Positions 25,801 to 34,329 of a stretch of 42,989 nt of DNA are shown one piece after another. Origin of the DNA: an uncultured Ruminococcus sp. GTDB lineage: Bacteria > Bacillota > Clostridia > Oscillospirales > Acutalibacteraceae. The translations under genes and the position numbers were made by a program. The stretch lies in the NCBI GenBank assembly GCA_902801055.1, contig CADCGS010000002.1, positions 1 to 42,989 of the forward strand, given 5' to 3'. The notes under the pieces were generated by a model. It was not told where the DNA came from and made no database searches. It worked only from the letters and a program-made list of their open reading frames with translations. Position 1 is the first letter of the stretch, and every line of letters starts with the position of its first letter.

Positions 25801-28800
25801 TTATTTGTCAGAGCCGCCGTTGAGCCTTTTAGCATTTGTGATATTGCTGTCAAATATCAGATCGCCCGTAATATTATGCTTAGCATAATAAAGCGACTTC
25901 ATAGCTGTAGAATAAAGCTCCTCGTATGATCGTCCTCCGGAAGGATACATACTTACTCCTAACTTTCCGAAGATGCTGATATCGCCCTCGGCTGTTTCAA
26001 ATTTCCGGCGCATTATGGCGCAGATATGTTCTGCCTTTTCCGTGATCTTATCTATATTGCTCATACCCTTGACGAAGATCACGAACTGTGCTCCGCTTAT
26101 ACGCCCGATGATATCAGAATCACGGAACAGCTCACGCACATTGTCGGCTGTTTCTTTAAGCACTGCATTCGCAAAGGATTTTCCCAGAGCCTCCTCCATT
26201 GCCTCAAAATTGCATATCTCAGCTATCATGAGCGCATGGACTCCCGCCGCACCGTCATCATAAAGATAATTCTTGATCTTGTTTTCGGTCGCGGTACGGT
26301 TGTAAAGGTGGGTAATATAATCGGTACGATCCTTCCTTGCGTCAGAACCGCTGTTGCTGTCATCGCTTTCACCCGATACATCGGCGCAGACCGCCATGAT
26401 CTTGACCGGTATGCCGGCTGCATTGCGAACCGCTACAAAATGCGCACGGTTCCAGATATATTCATCGTCCGGCTGGTTATATATTCTCACAAGACATTCC
26501 GCATCAGCTCCCTCGGAACGGGCAAAATTCATCTTTTCAAGGAATTTCTTGATATCGTCTGAATGGAGCATAGGATTGCTGCGGATATTTTTTATGAAAT
26601 CATAGCTTTCGGGCGTATAGCCGTAAAGCTTTTCAAACGAACCGGAGAATTTCACGCTGTCAAGTCTCGGCGACCATTCAAAGATGAATGACCTTGTCTG
26701 CTCGAGGATCTCATCATAAATCCTGTCATTGAGAACAAGAGAGCTTTTTTCATGCCCGAGTACAGGAATATCCGTCCTCGAAACATTGCTCTTGACAGCC
26801 TCACGGAAGGTAAATTCATCCATCATCTCATTGCCGTGTATACCGAATACAACATCGGTCTTTACACGCAGCTGACGGATAACATCACTGTCGGCATTCA
26901 TGGGCATATATGTTTTTGCGCCAAGACCGGTAAAGCAATCAATAAGGTAAACAAGTATCTCCATCGGGATGATACCGTTGCTGACCTCGTCAAGGAAGCT
27001 GTTTGCAAAGGTGATCCTGCCGAAAAGACGGTTCGTAAAGCATTTCGTATTGATGCTTTCAAGGCCGACATTATACACACCGATCTCAAAGCCCTTGCCG
27101 CTGAGGAATTCCGTCAGTTCATTGACCTGGCGCATATCCATAGAAGTCAGCATATCCTGGGTTATATTTATACAGATATTACTGCAGTTGATGGGATAAT
27201 ATACAAGCAGTTCCTCCAGCGCCCTGATAATAACATCGCAGTCCTCGCCCTTGAAGATGGTCATTACCGAAATATTCGGAAGATCAAGACCGTCCTTTTC
27301 CATCTTATGTATCACATTGAATACCCTGCGCAGGCTGTCGAGGCTGAATGCCGTGATATTGCCGGTATTGTGCAGTGCGGAATATATCTCATCGAAATCT
27401 ATATCCTTGCCGAATCTTTCCGAGCCTTCGATCACCTCATAGGATACTACCTTTTCATTGACGGAATCGAGTATCGGATCAAAATAGCTTTCAAAGCGCA
27501 GGCTATCCTCCGAAGTTCTGGCAAGCTCTTCCTTTTTGCCGACCGAGATCTCCCAGCTTGAACGCATATTGTTATTATAGAAAAGATACATATCCTTTCC
27601 GTTTATCTTTGCTATATCGACTGCCTTTGAGGAATTGAAGAACAGCTCCTCGAAATTCCTGCCGTTAGCGGGATAGGATGCCACGCCGATGCAGGCGGTT
27701 ATTTCAGGGAAGGTCTTTCCGTTGAAGGTATAGGACTTATGCAGACTGTGGAAAACTGAATCGACCGCCGCAAGATTCTGTTCATAGCCGAAGCAGTCTT
27801 TAAGGAATACTATGAAATTATCATCCTCTACCCTGCCGATGATATTGCTGTCGGTAAACTGTGACTTTAGTACATTTGCGATATCCTTCAGTATCTCATT
27901 TCCGAAGCGGTAACCGGTCTGACGGTTTATCGTGCGGAAGCCGTCTATATCAATAAGCATAAGAAGATGCTTTCCGTTTTTGCCGGAATGGGAAAGGTAA
28001 TCATCTATTTCCATGCGCAGTCCGACAAAATTCAGCAGACCGGTCATGGAATCCCTGTTGGTGCGCATTTCATCGCTGCCGTCCATGCTTACGCCGTATA
28101 CGAGCTTTTGTATGCTGATGAAGATACTGTTGATCTCATCGTCATCACACATAGGTACAGCCGTCAGCCTGACAGGACAATAAACATTATCGTCAAGCTT
28201 CATCGGACATTCCAGAACTATCTTATCATTGCCTTTCCTGATCTCATCATAGATATTGTCTATCCTCAGGGTACGGGCCACCTTGCTGTGGTATTCATCG
28301 GGGCACAGTCCCGTAAAGAGCATTACCGATTCGGAATAGTTTTTCGGCGTATATCCGAACAGCTCATAGAAACCGCCCTTTCTTTCCTCTGCCATATCCT
28401 TTTTCAGATCAAACTGGAACACAAAATCGGATACGCGGTTGAGGATCTCATTATCCTTTCTCCTGGTCTCCTTCATTTCAAGCTTTTGCTGCTCTATGGT
28501 ACGGATAAGCTCGCCCCTGTCAATTTTACGGTAAAGGTCATTGGTGGTATCCTGCTGTTCTTCGTTTATTTTTCTCTCACTTCCGTTTTTAACGGAGCTG
28601 TCGGCATGGTTGACATCAGCATATTCCTTGGCAAGCTTCTGGAATTCCGGGAGAACCTCGCTGAAGCAATCCATCATTTCATCAGAGAAAGCTCCGCAGG
28701 CTCCGGTGCGTATCATCTCAACAGCCTGCTCATGCGAAAACGCCGCTTTATACGGACGCTCGCTCGTAAGAGCGTCATAGCAGTCCGCAACTGAAACGAC

Positions 28801-29703
28801 CTGCGCCCATATCGGTATCTGATTTCCCGCAAGACCGTCAGGATAGCCCTTGCCGTCGAATTTCTCATGATGATAACGGCATATATCGTAGCAATATGTG
28901 AAATATTCATTTCTCTCAACGCTGTCAAGCTGATTCAGAAGGTCACAGCCCTTTACGGTATGCTCCTTCATGATATTGAATTCATCATAGGTAAGTCTGC
29001 GCGGGCTGAGAAGGATAGAATCCGGTATTGCTATCTTTCCTATATCATGCAGTGACGAAGCGGACGCTATAAGATTTATGCGTTCCTCGGTCATATTGTA
29101 TTTCGGATATTTTACGGCAAGCGCCCTGAGCATTACCTCCGTGAATTTCTTGATACGGTGGATATGCCTGCCTGATTCAACATCACGGTATTCGATAACA
29201 GTGCTGAGTGTATCGAGCATATCGTTATTGATGGTATTTATTTTTCTCTGCTGTATCTTGAGAGCCTTGTTCTGTGCAAGTATCTTGGCAGTCTGGCGCT
29301 CAACAAGAGCCTCCAGCTCCTTCTTGTGGGAATAAAGCTCCACAAGGTTCGCGACTCGGTTCTTTATCACCTGAGGGTTCACAGGAGACGCCGTTACATC
29401 ACAATAGGGCATCTCTATATCCTTGACCTTCATGCGGTGATAGCTGCCCTCGTTAAGGATAAGAATGACCGGGACATTTTCAAATATTTTCAGATTCGTC
29501 AGCGTCTGCACCATTTCCTTTGTAAAATTGCGCGCAATACCTTCATTGATAAGGATAATGGAAATACTGCTCTTGTACTGTGTCAGAAATTTGAACACAA
29601 GCTCGCTGCCGGAAGTCTCAATGATCTCATACTGTGACGAAAAGATCTCATGCAGTATGGATTTATTCATTTCAATATTATCCGCTACAAGTATTTTATT
29701 CAT
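25801..29703 (-). CDS. 1300-aa multidomain c-di-GMP signalling protein: pseudo-receiver, HD-GYP, PAS-like, degenerate GGDEF, degenerate EAL, PAS-like, degenerate GGDEF
   Basis: LHDIGKIAIP and HHEKFDGKGYPDGL indicate an intact HD-GYP domain. The GGDEF positions read EDDNF and SGAQF. The EAL position reads EVI, with INITQ in place of EITE. The N-terminal REC-like fold lacks the DD pair and the phospho-acceptor Asp. Confidence 0.8.
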   Translation of the reverse strand: MNKILVADNIEMNKSILHEIFSSQYEIIETSGSELVFKFLTQYKSSISIILINEGIARNFTKEMVQTLTNLKIFENVPVILILNEGSYHRMKVKDIEMPYCDVTASPVNPQVIKNRVANLVELYSHKKELEALVERQTAKILAQNKALKIQQRKINTINNDMLDTLSTVIEYRDVESGRHIHRIKKFTEVMLRALAVKYPKYNMTEERINLIASASSLHDIGKIAIPDSILLSPRRLTYDEFNIMKEHTVKGCDLLNQLDSVERNEYFTYCYDICRYHHEKFDGKGYPDGLAGNQIPIWAQVVSVADCYDALTSERPYKAAFSHEQAVEMIRTGACGAFSDEMMDCFSEVLPEFQKLAKEYADVNHADSSVKNGSERKINEEQQDTTNDLYRKIDRGELIRTIEQQKLEMKETRRKDNEILNRVSDFVFQFDLKKDMAEERKGGFYELFGYTPKNYSESVMLFTGLCPDEYHSKVARTLRIDNIYDEIRKGNDKIVLECPMKLDDNVYCPVRLTAVPMCDDDEINSIFISIQKLVYGVSMDGSDEMRTNRDSMTGLLNFVGLRMEIDDYLSHSGKNGKHLLMLIDIDGFRTINRQTGYRFGNEILKDIANVLKSQFTDSNIIGRVEDDNFIVFLKDCFGYEQNLAAVDSVFHSLHKSYTFNGKTFPEITACIGVASYPANGRNFEELFFNSSKAVDIAKINGKDMYLFYNNNMRSSWEISVGKKEELARTSEDSLRFESYFDPILDSVNEKVVSYEVIEGSERFGKDIDFDEIYSALHNTGNITAFSLDSLRRVFNVIHKMEKDGLDLPNISVMTIFKGEDCDVIIRALEELLVYYPINCSNICINITQDMLTSMDMRQVNELTEFLSGKGFEIGVYNVGLESINTKCFTNRLFGRITFANSFLDEVSNGIIPMEILVYLIDCFTGLGAKTYMPMNADSDVIRQLRVKTDVVFGIHGNEMMDEFTFREAVKSNVSRTDIPVLGHEKSSLVLNDRIYDEILEQTRSFIFEWSPRLDSVKFSGSFEKLYGYTPESYDFIKNIRSNPMLHSDDIKKFLEKMNFARSEGADAECLVRIYNQPDDEYIWNRAHFVAVRNAAGIPVKIMAVCADVSGESDDSNSGSDARKDRTDYITHLYNRTATENKIKNYLYDDGAAGVHALMIAEICNFEAMEEALGKSFANAVLKETADNVRELFRDSDIIGRISGAQFVIFVKGMSNIDKITEKAEHICAIMRRKFETAEGDISIFGKLGVSMYPSGGRSYEELYSTAMKSLYYAKHNITGDLIFDSNITNAKRLNGGSDK

Positions 29704-29796
29704 ACTTAATCCGCTCCTGTTTCAATAAGGAATACAATCAGCATTGATTGCATACGACCTTAAACATTACCAAATTAACAACTTATTTCTTCCCTG

Positions 29797-30013
29797 TCCG
29801 GTCAGGCGACCGGGATCCCTTCTTATTAACAGACGTCTTTGTCCCCGGGACCTGACTGCCCACGGACGCCCGCGCCCTATGCAGGCGGTGATGATAAGTT
29901 TCCATCGGCTGTGAGCCTGATCCCGCTCCGAGGAGCACAGCAGATAAAGCTCCCGACGTCTGCCCCAAGCGCCGCGCACTCCGGTCAGGCAAGCCTGACG
30001 GAGACCGGCTCCA
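29797..30013 (-). other. GC-rich structured island, a candidate 5' leader or ncRNA, bounded by an 11-nt direct repeat TCCGGTCAGGC
   Basis: The direct repeat occurs at 29797-29807 and 29980-29990. Several strong hairpins are present, for example ctccggtcaggc aa gcctgac ggag and ccggtc aggc gaccgg. The island lies between a putative promoter (30020-30048) and the ATG at 29703. It is not protein-like in any frame. Confidence 0.4.
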
Positions 30014-30019
30014 TGTTTA

Positions 30020-30048
30020 ATTATACATTAACAGCAGTAATTTGTACA
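30020..30048 (-). promoter_or_regulatory. Putative promoter, TGTACA-17 nt-TATAAT, reading into the GC-rich island and the 1300-aa gene
   Basis: The minus strand reads tgtaca aattactgctgttaatg tataat. Confidence 0.35.
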
Positions 30049-30270
30049 GAGATTTTTTATAAATTTATTTAGTATTTTTATTTTGTTAAGTATTTTTTGT
30101 GCAGTATAACCAATTTTTAGAGCAGTTCAACCAATGTCCGTGAATTATCCAGAATTTTGTTATTGCAAAACTGCGGTCTGTTTAATATTATGGTAATATA
30201 AAACGATTATCATCAGGCAGGATCCGGAAGCAAACCAAGGTATGATACAGAAGTTTTGTCTGCCTACAGC

Positions 30271-30313
30271 CACACCGCATAAATAATACCAGACAGCCCG
30301 GTGCGGTATTGCC
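30271..30313. repeat. Short hairpin-type relative of the MITE/REP-like family
   Basis: cacaccgcat ... ggtgcggtattgcc. Confidence 0.45.
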
Positions 30314-30351
30314 TATAATTATTTCCGGTTCGCCTGTTCCCGGAGGATACA

Positions 30352-30918
30352 ATGAATATTGAGCAGATTAATACCTCACGGATCCTTATTTCCTTGTGTA
30401 ACAGGGATCTTGAAGAATACGAGCTGACATACGAAACGCTGGATCTGAAAAACGACAAAGCGCGCAGCGTTATCGCAGGACTTATCACAGCCGCAGAGAA
30501 AAGCACAGGCCTGCCCCTGCACAGCGGAAAGCTTATGATCGAGGCAATGAAATTTGACCACGGGTGTATTCTGCTGATAACTCTTCTGCGCCGTCACAGG
30601 GGCAGGAGGTACCGTATAACGGGGCGAAGCGACTGTTATGCATTTTTCTTTGACGAAAGCGAAACGATGCTCAGCTGCATGGAGCAGCTATGGCTTGCCG
30701 GGGAACGCAGGCACCGTACTTCGCTGTATCTGACGCATAACGGGCGATATATTCTGATATGCAATACCCTGCCCTGCCGTTCATTTGTCCGGATAGCGGA
30801 AGAATACGCCTCAAAGATACTCAAAGGCAGACTGATCTGCGCTGCCCTGAGAGAAAAAAGCAAATGCCTCATACGCTCAGACGCGGTAAGGGTATGCTGC
30901 TGCATGAAAGATAAATAA
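30352..30918 (+). CDS. Adaptor protein MecA-like (short form)
   Basis: MNIEQINTSRILISLCNRDLEEYELTYETLDL... resembles the MecA N-terminus (MxIExIxxxxIxVxLxxxDLEERG). Confidence 0.6.
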   Translation: MNIEQINTSRILISLCNRDLEEYELTYETLDLKNDKARSVIAGLITAAEKSTGLPLHSGKLMIEAMKFDHGCILLITLLRRHRGRRYRITGRSDCYAFFFDESETMLSCMEQLWLAGERRHRTSLYLTHNGRYILICNTLPCRSFVRIAEEYASKILKGRLICAALREKSKCLIRSDAVRVCCCMKDK

Positions 30919-30928
30919 AAAAGAAAAC

Positions 30929-30966
30929 ACCGCATACCGGAAATAACGGTATGCGGTAAAACTTTT
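30929..30966 (+). terminator. Hairpin terminator with a weak T-tract
   Basis: accgcataccg gaaataa cggtatgcggt aaaactttt. Confidence 0.5.
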
Positions 30967-31051
30967 GCATCAATATGCAGCCGCCTGGTGAGGGTCTTAA
31001 CGATCCTCCTCTTCGGGACTGAAACTGCCGAATTGCTTTGCAATTGTAAAA

Positions 31052-31201
31052 TTATTGAATCGAGCTGTCAAGATAATGCTCGAGCTCTTCTTCGTCTCGT
31101 CTTTGCTTCTCCTTGAAGATAAGAAACGCAGTAACCGCAGCAGTGATAGCCGCTACTCCGCCGATAACGGTAAGGAGTACAGTGAGTAATGACTTGTTCA
31201 T
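31052..31201 (-). CDS. Small single-pass membrane protein (49 aa), not in the supplied ORF track
   Basis: AAGGAGG lies 8 nt before the ATG at 31201. The product is MNKSLLTVLLTVIGGVAAITAAVTAFLIFKEKQRRDEEELEHYLDSSIQ*. Confidence 0.55.
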   Translation of the reverse strand: MNKSLLTVLLTVIGGVAAITAAVTAFLIFKEKQRRDEEELEHYLDSSIQ

Positions 31202-31336
31202 AGGGTTATACCTCCTTAATAAAATTCCATAAACTGATTATATAACATTTATTTAAAAATGTCAATCTAAAATATTCAGCAATGAGTACTATGTGAATAA
31301 TTATTTTTTAAAACTGTTTATTATAACAAAAATATA

Positions 31337-31345
31337 TGTTATAAT
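31337..31345 (+). promoter_or_regulatory. Extended -10 element TGTTATAAT upstream of the MotA/ExbB-like gene
   Basis: TGnTATAAT at 31337-31345, with the ATG at 31367 preceded by AAAAGGGG. Confidence 0.4.
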
Positions 31346-31366
31346 TGGTGAAAAGGGGTGTATTAA

Positions 31367-31963
31367 ATGAATTTTGCGTCTAAACTTGCGGCAAGCATCA
31401 CTACAAATGATATCTACATATTGTTTGCTGCAATAGTTGCTGCGGTCGTGCTCATCGTCGTACTGTATGCCAACAAAATGGTAAACAGGGAATTTGCCCT
31501 GTGGAAAAAGGAAAAATATTATTCCAAGCATATATATCATTGTCTTACGGTCGGCTATACGATGTTTGTTACCATTATTTCCATCTTCCCGCTTCTGGGT
31601 ATGTTCGGCACCGTAACCGCACTGTTAGGACTTGACCTTTCCGCAACCGCCTCGGAAAGCGCCAAGGCAAGCTTCTTCAATGCCCTGACCTCTACCACAT
31701 GGGGTATTATCTTTTCGGTGATCTTCAAGGTGATAAATGCATTGTTTGCCTCCACGGTAGAGAACAATATCCAGCTTATCACCGACCTTATAAATTCTAA
31801 CCGTGAACAGATATCGACTGAACCGCCGGCATCCAAAAAAAGGATCCCTCCCCGCGGCGGCAGCGCCCGCGGAATGAACCGTCCGACCGCCGGTACAGCT
31901 AATCTCCCGGCAGAGGCAAGACCTCCTGTACAGAATAATCAGGGCGGCAGGGTGATGAAATGA
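31367..31963 (+). CDS. MotA/TolQ/ExbB-family proton channel protein with a basic Pro/Arg/Gly-rich C-terminal tail
   Basis: FPLLGMFGTVTALLGL ... FFNALTSTTWGIIFSVIFKVIN is the signature of the family. There are three predicted TM segments. Confidence 0.75.
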   Translation: MNFASKLAASITTNDIYILFAAIVAAVVLIVVLYANKMVNREFALWKKEKYYSKHIYHCLTVGYTMFVTIISIFPLLGMFGTVTALLGLDLSATASESAKASFFNALTSTTWGIIFSVIFKVINALFASTVENNIQLITDLINSNREQISTEPPASKKRIPPRGGSARGMNRPTAGTANLPAEARPPVQNNQGGRVMK

Positions 31964-32535
31964 AGATCAGGCAAATAATTCTGGACTTTACCTCTCTGCT
32001 CGATATCATAATGATAATCCTTTTCTTCTTCATTCTTTTCACGAATATGGATACCGAGACCGCGATAACAAAGGCGGAGGAAAAGGAATCCGAATACAGT
32101 AATCTTGTCGAGGAGATCAGCAGGGAACGATCCGACTGGCAGGATAAGGCCGAAAAGGAATGGAGCCGGATCGAGGCTGTCAACGAAAATGCCGGCGCAA
32201 ACCAGAAGGCTCTTTTAGAATTCGATAACGGCGCGATATTATCAATGAATATCATAGACATAAACTCCGGAGAGGATTTTACCGTAAGCATTACTGAAAA
32301 CAATAAAAAGCTCGTACAGGTCAAATGGAAGGACAGCGAGGATTTCCGCAGTCAGCTGCTTAACGTACTGAAAAATCTTGACGCGGACTCCGGTAATGTC
32401 ATAATCAGCACCCTGACCTATGACGGCTACAGTCTCGGAACGGAAAAGGCCGTACCTCTTGTGGAAAACGCTGTGCGCGATCTGCAGGAGCAATATAAAA
32501 ATCTGTATTTCACAACAATTAATGTTACAAGGTGA
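31960..32535 (+). CDS. ExbD/TolR-like protein with an N-terminal TM segment, a coiled-coil insert and a C-terminal domain
   Basis: LDFTSLLDIIMIILFFFILF resembles the ExbD INVTPFIDVMLVLLIIFMV segment. Its start makes a 4-nt ATGA overlap with the upstream gene. Confidence 0.6.
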   Translation: MKIRQIILDFTSLLDIIMIILFFFILFTNMDTETAITKAEEKESEYSNLVEEISRERSDWQDKAEKEWSRIEAVNENAGANQKALLEFDNGAILSMNIIDINSGEDFTVSITENNKKLVQVKWKDSEDFRSQLLNVLKNLDADSGNVIISTLTYDGYSLGTEKAVPLVENAVRDLQEQYKNLYFTTINVTR

Positions 32536-32544
32536 GTGTTTAAA

Positions 32545-32994
32545 ATGAAAAAAATAGTAGCAATTCTGGCATTTTTACTTGTGGCGATCGTTTCCATCTT
32601 TTTACTTCTCGGCGGCTGTGACAAGCTCGGCTGGGGCGGCGGCGGTTCAGGCGGCGGAGAAGGAGACGGCGAGGGCAGCAGCAGCGGAAACGGTACCTCT
32701 GCTTCTGCATCTGCATCGGGAACAAACGACAGCAGCGATAAAAAAGAAAGCAGCACTGCTTCAGACGCCTCCTCCAAGCCTGAAAAGATCAAAGCTGAGA
32801 TAACCGTCTCGGGCAGGGATTATCTCTACAAAAACAATAAGATCACGCTTGATGAGCTTTCCGTGGAGCTGAAAAAGCTCGGCACCGATACGGAAATAAC
32901 CATAATCGCAGACGATACTGCCGCAAAGAATACCGTTGACGATCTTACCGACAGGCTTGATGCAGATGGGTTCAAAAATTACACAAAGAAATGA
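32545..32994 (+). CDS. Lipoprotein with a Gly/Ser-rich linker and an ExbD-like C-terminal domain
   Basis: MKKIVAILAFLLVAIVSIFLLLGGC is a lipobox-like signal. The C-terminus ITVSGRDYLYKNNKITLDELSVELKKLG..EITIIADDTAAKNTVDDLTDRLDADGF resembles the ExbD periplasmic domain. An alternative GTG start lies at 32536. Confidence 0.6.
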   Translation: MKKIVAILAFLLVAIVSIFLLLGGCDKLGWGGGGSGGGEGDGEGSSSGNGTSASASASGTNDSSDKKESSTASDASSKPEKIKAEITVSGRDYLYKNNKITLDELSVELKKLGTDTEITIIADDTAAKNTVDDLTDRLDADGFKNYTKK

Positions 32995-33007
32995 TCTTCA
33001 AATAAAA

Positions 33008-33046
33008 ACAGCCGCTTACTTTTTTGGTAAGACGGCTGTTTTTTGC
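33008..33046. terminator. Bidirectional terminator between convergent genes
   Basis: acagccgcttac / gtaagacggctgt stem flanked by an A-run and a T-run. Confidence 0.7.
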
Positions 33047-33088
33047 GGTTATTATAAAGCAAAAGCGGAAGGCTGAGACTGCCAGAGC

Positions 33089-34306
33089 TTACTGGCAGCT
33101 TTCGCTCAGTCTCTTGTTTATCTCGTCAAGGAAGGTCTCGCTGTCAACCTTCTGCTTGTTCTCCAATGAGGAAAGCAGATAGAGGTCGCCTGTCATGATA
33201 CCGTCCTCGATAGTATCTATGGTAGCCTTTTCAAGCTTATCTGCAAATGCGGAAAGCTCTGCATTGCCGTCAAGCTCGCCCCTCTTGCGAAGAGCACCGC
33301 TCCATGCAAAAATAGTTGCAACTGAATTTGTAGAGGTCGATTCACCCTTGAGATATTTATAGTAATGACGCTGTACCGTACCGTGAGCAGCCTCATATTC
33401 ATATATGCCTGTCGGTGAAACAAGCACTGATGTCATCATAGCAAGCGAACCGAATGCTGTTGCTACCATGTCGGACATAACATCGCCGTCATAGTTCTTG
33501 CATGCCCAGATATAGCCGCCCTCGGAACGTACTACTCTTGCCACTGCATCGTCGATAAGGGTATAGAAATAGGTGATGCCTGCCTTCTCGAATTTCTCCT
33601 TGTATTCAGCCTCGAATATCTCATTGAAGATATCCTTGAAGCGGTGGTCATATTTCTTGGAGATCGTATCCTTTGTAGCGAACCAGAGATCCTCCTTCTT
33701 GTCAAGGGCAAAGTTAAAGCAGGCTCTTGCAAAGCTGCCGATGCTCTTGTCAACATTGTGCAGTCCCTGGATGATACCGTCGCTGCCGTTGAATTCATGG
33801 ATAAGCTGTCTTGTCTCGTTTCCGTCCTTGTCGGTCACGATAAGCTCAGCCTTGCTGCCCTCGGCAACCACCATTTCACTGTTCTTATATACATCGCCGT
33901 AAGCATGACGGGCGATGGTGATAGGCTTTTTCCAGTTGGAGATATAGGGAGTGATACCCTTTACGAGTATAGGAGTACGGAATACGGTACCGTCAAGTAT
34001 AGCTCTGATCGTACCGTTAGGTGATTTCCACATCTGGGTGAGGTTATACTCCTTGACACGCTCGGCATTAGGGGTGATCGTAGCGCATTTTACTGCTACA
34101 CCGTATTTCTTTGTAGCCTCGGCACTGTCGATAGTGACCTGATCCTTTGTATTCTCTCTGTTGACAAGCCCGAGATCATAATACTCGCTCTTGAGGTCAA
34201 CAAACGGAAGTATAAGCTTATCCTTTATCATTTTCCAGAGTACTCTGGTCATTTCGTCGCCGTCCATCTCAACGATGGGGGTCGTCATCTGAATTTTATC
34301 GGACAT
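33089..34306 (-). CDS. icd: NADP-dependent isocitrate dehydrogenase (eukaryote-like subfamily II, about 405 aa)
   Basis: [29 protein letters not shown]...[17 protein letters not shown]... Confidence 0.9.
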   Translation of the reverse strand: MSDKIQMTTPIVEMDGDEMTRVLWKMIKDKLILPFVDLKSEYYDLGLVNRENTKDQVTIDSAEATKKYGVAVKCATITPNAERVKEYNLTQMWKSPNGTIRAILDGTVFRTPILVKGITPYISNWKKPITIARHAYGDVYKNSEMVVAEGSKAELIVTDKDGNETRQLIHEFNGSDGIIQGLHNVDKSIGSFARACFNFALDKKEDLWFATKDTISKKYDHRFKDIFNEIFEAEYKEKFEKAGITYFYTLIDDAVARVVRSEGGYIWACKNYDGDVMSDMVATAFGSLAMMTSVLVSPTGIYEYEAAHGTVQRHYYKYLKGESTSTNSVATIFAWSGALRKRGELDGNAELSAFADKLEKATIDTIEDGIMTGDLYLLSSLENKQKVDSETFLDEINKRLSESCQ

Positions 34307-34329
34307 TATAATTTCTCCTTTTTACAAAA

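Noticed and set aside
29767-29992. Two overlapping Arg-rich ORFs (70 and 69 aa) in the GC-rich island.
   Set aside because: The composition is an artefact of GC-rich sequence. They have no RBS and give no homology impression, and both frames are open simply because stops are rare in GC-rich DNA.
29797-30013. SRP RNA, because the minus strand contains GUCAGGUCC, which resembles the helix-8 region of 4.5S/scRNA.
   Set aside because: The invariant GGAAGCAGC segment and GNRA tetraloop context are missing (the sequence reads GUCAGGUCCCGGGGACAAAGACG). RNase P, tmRNA, T-box, cobalamin and GEMM-I signatures are also not seen.
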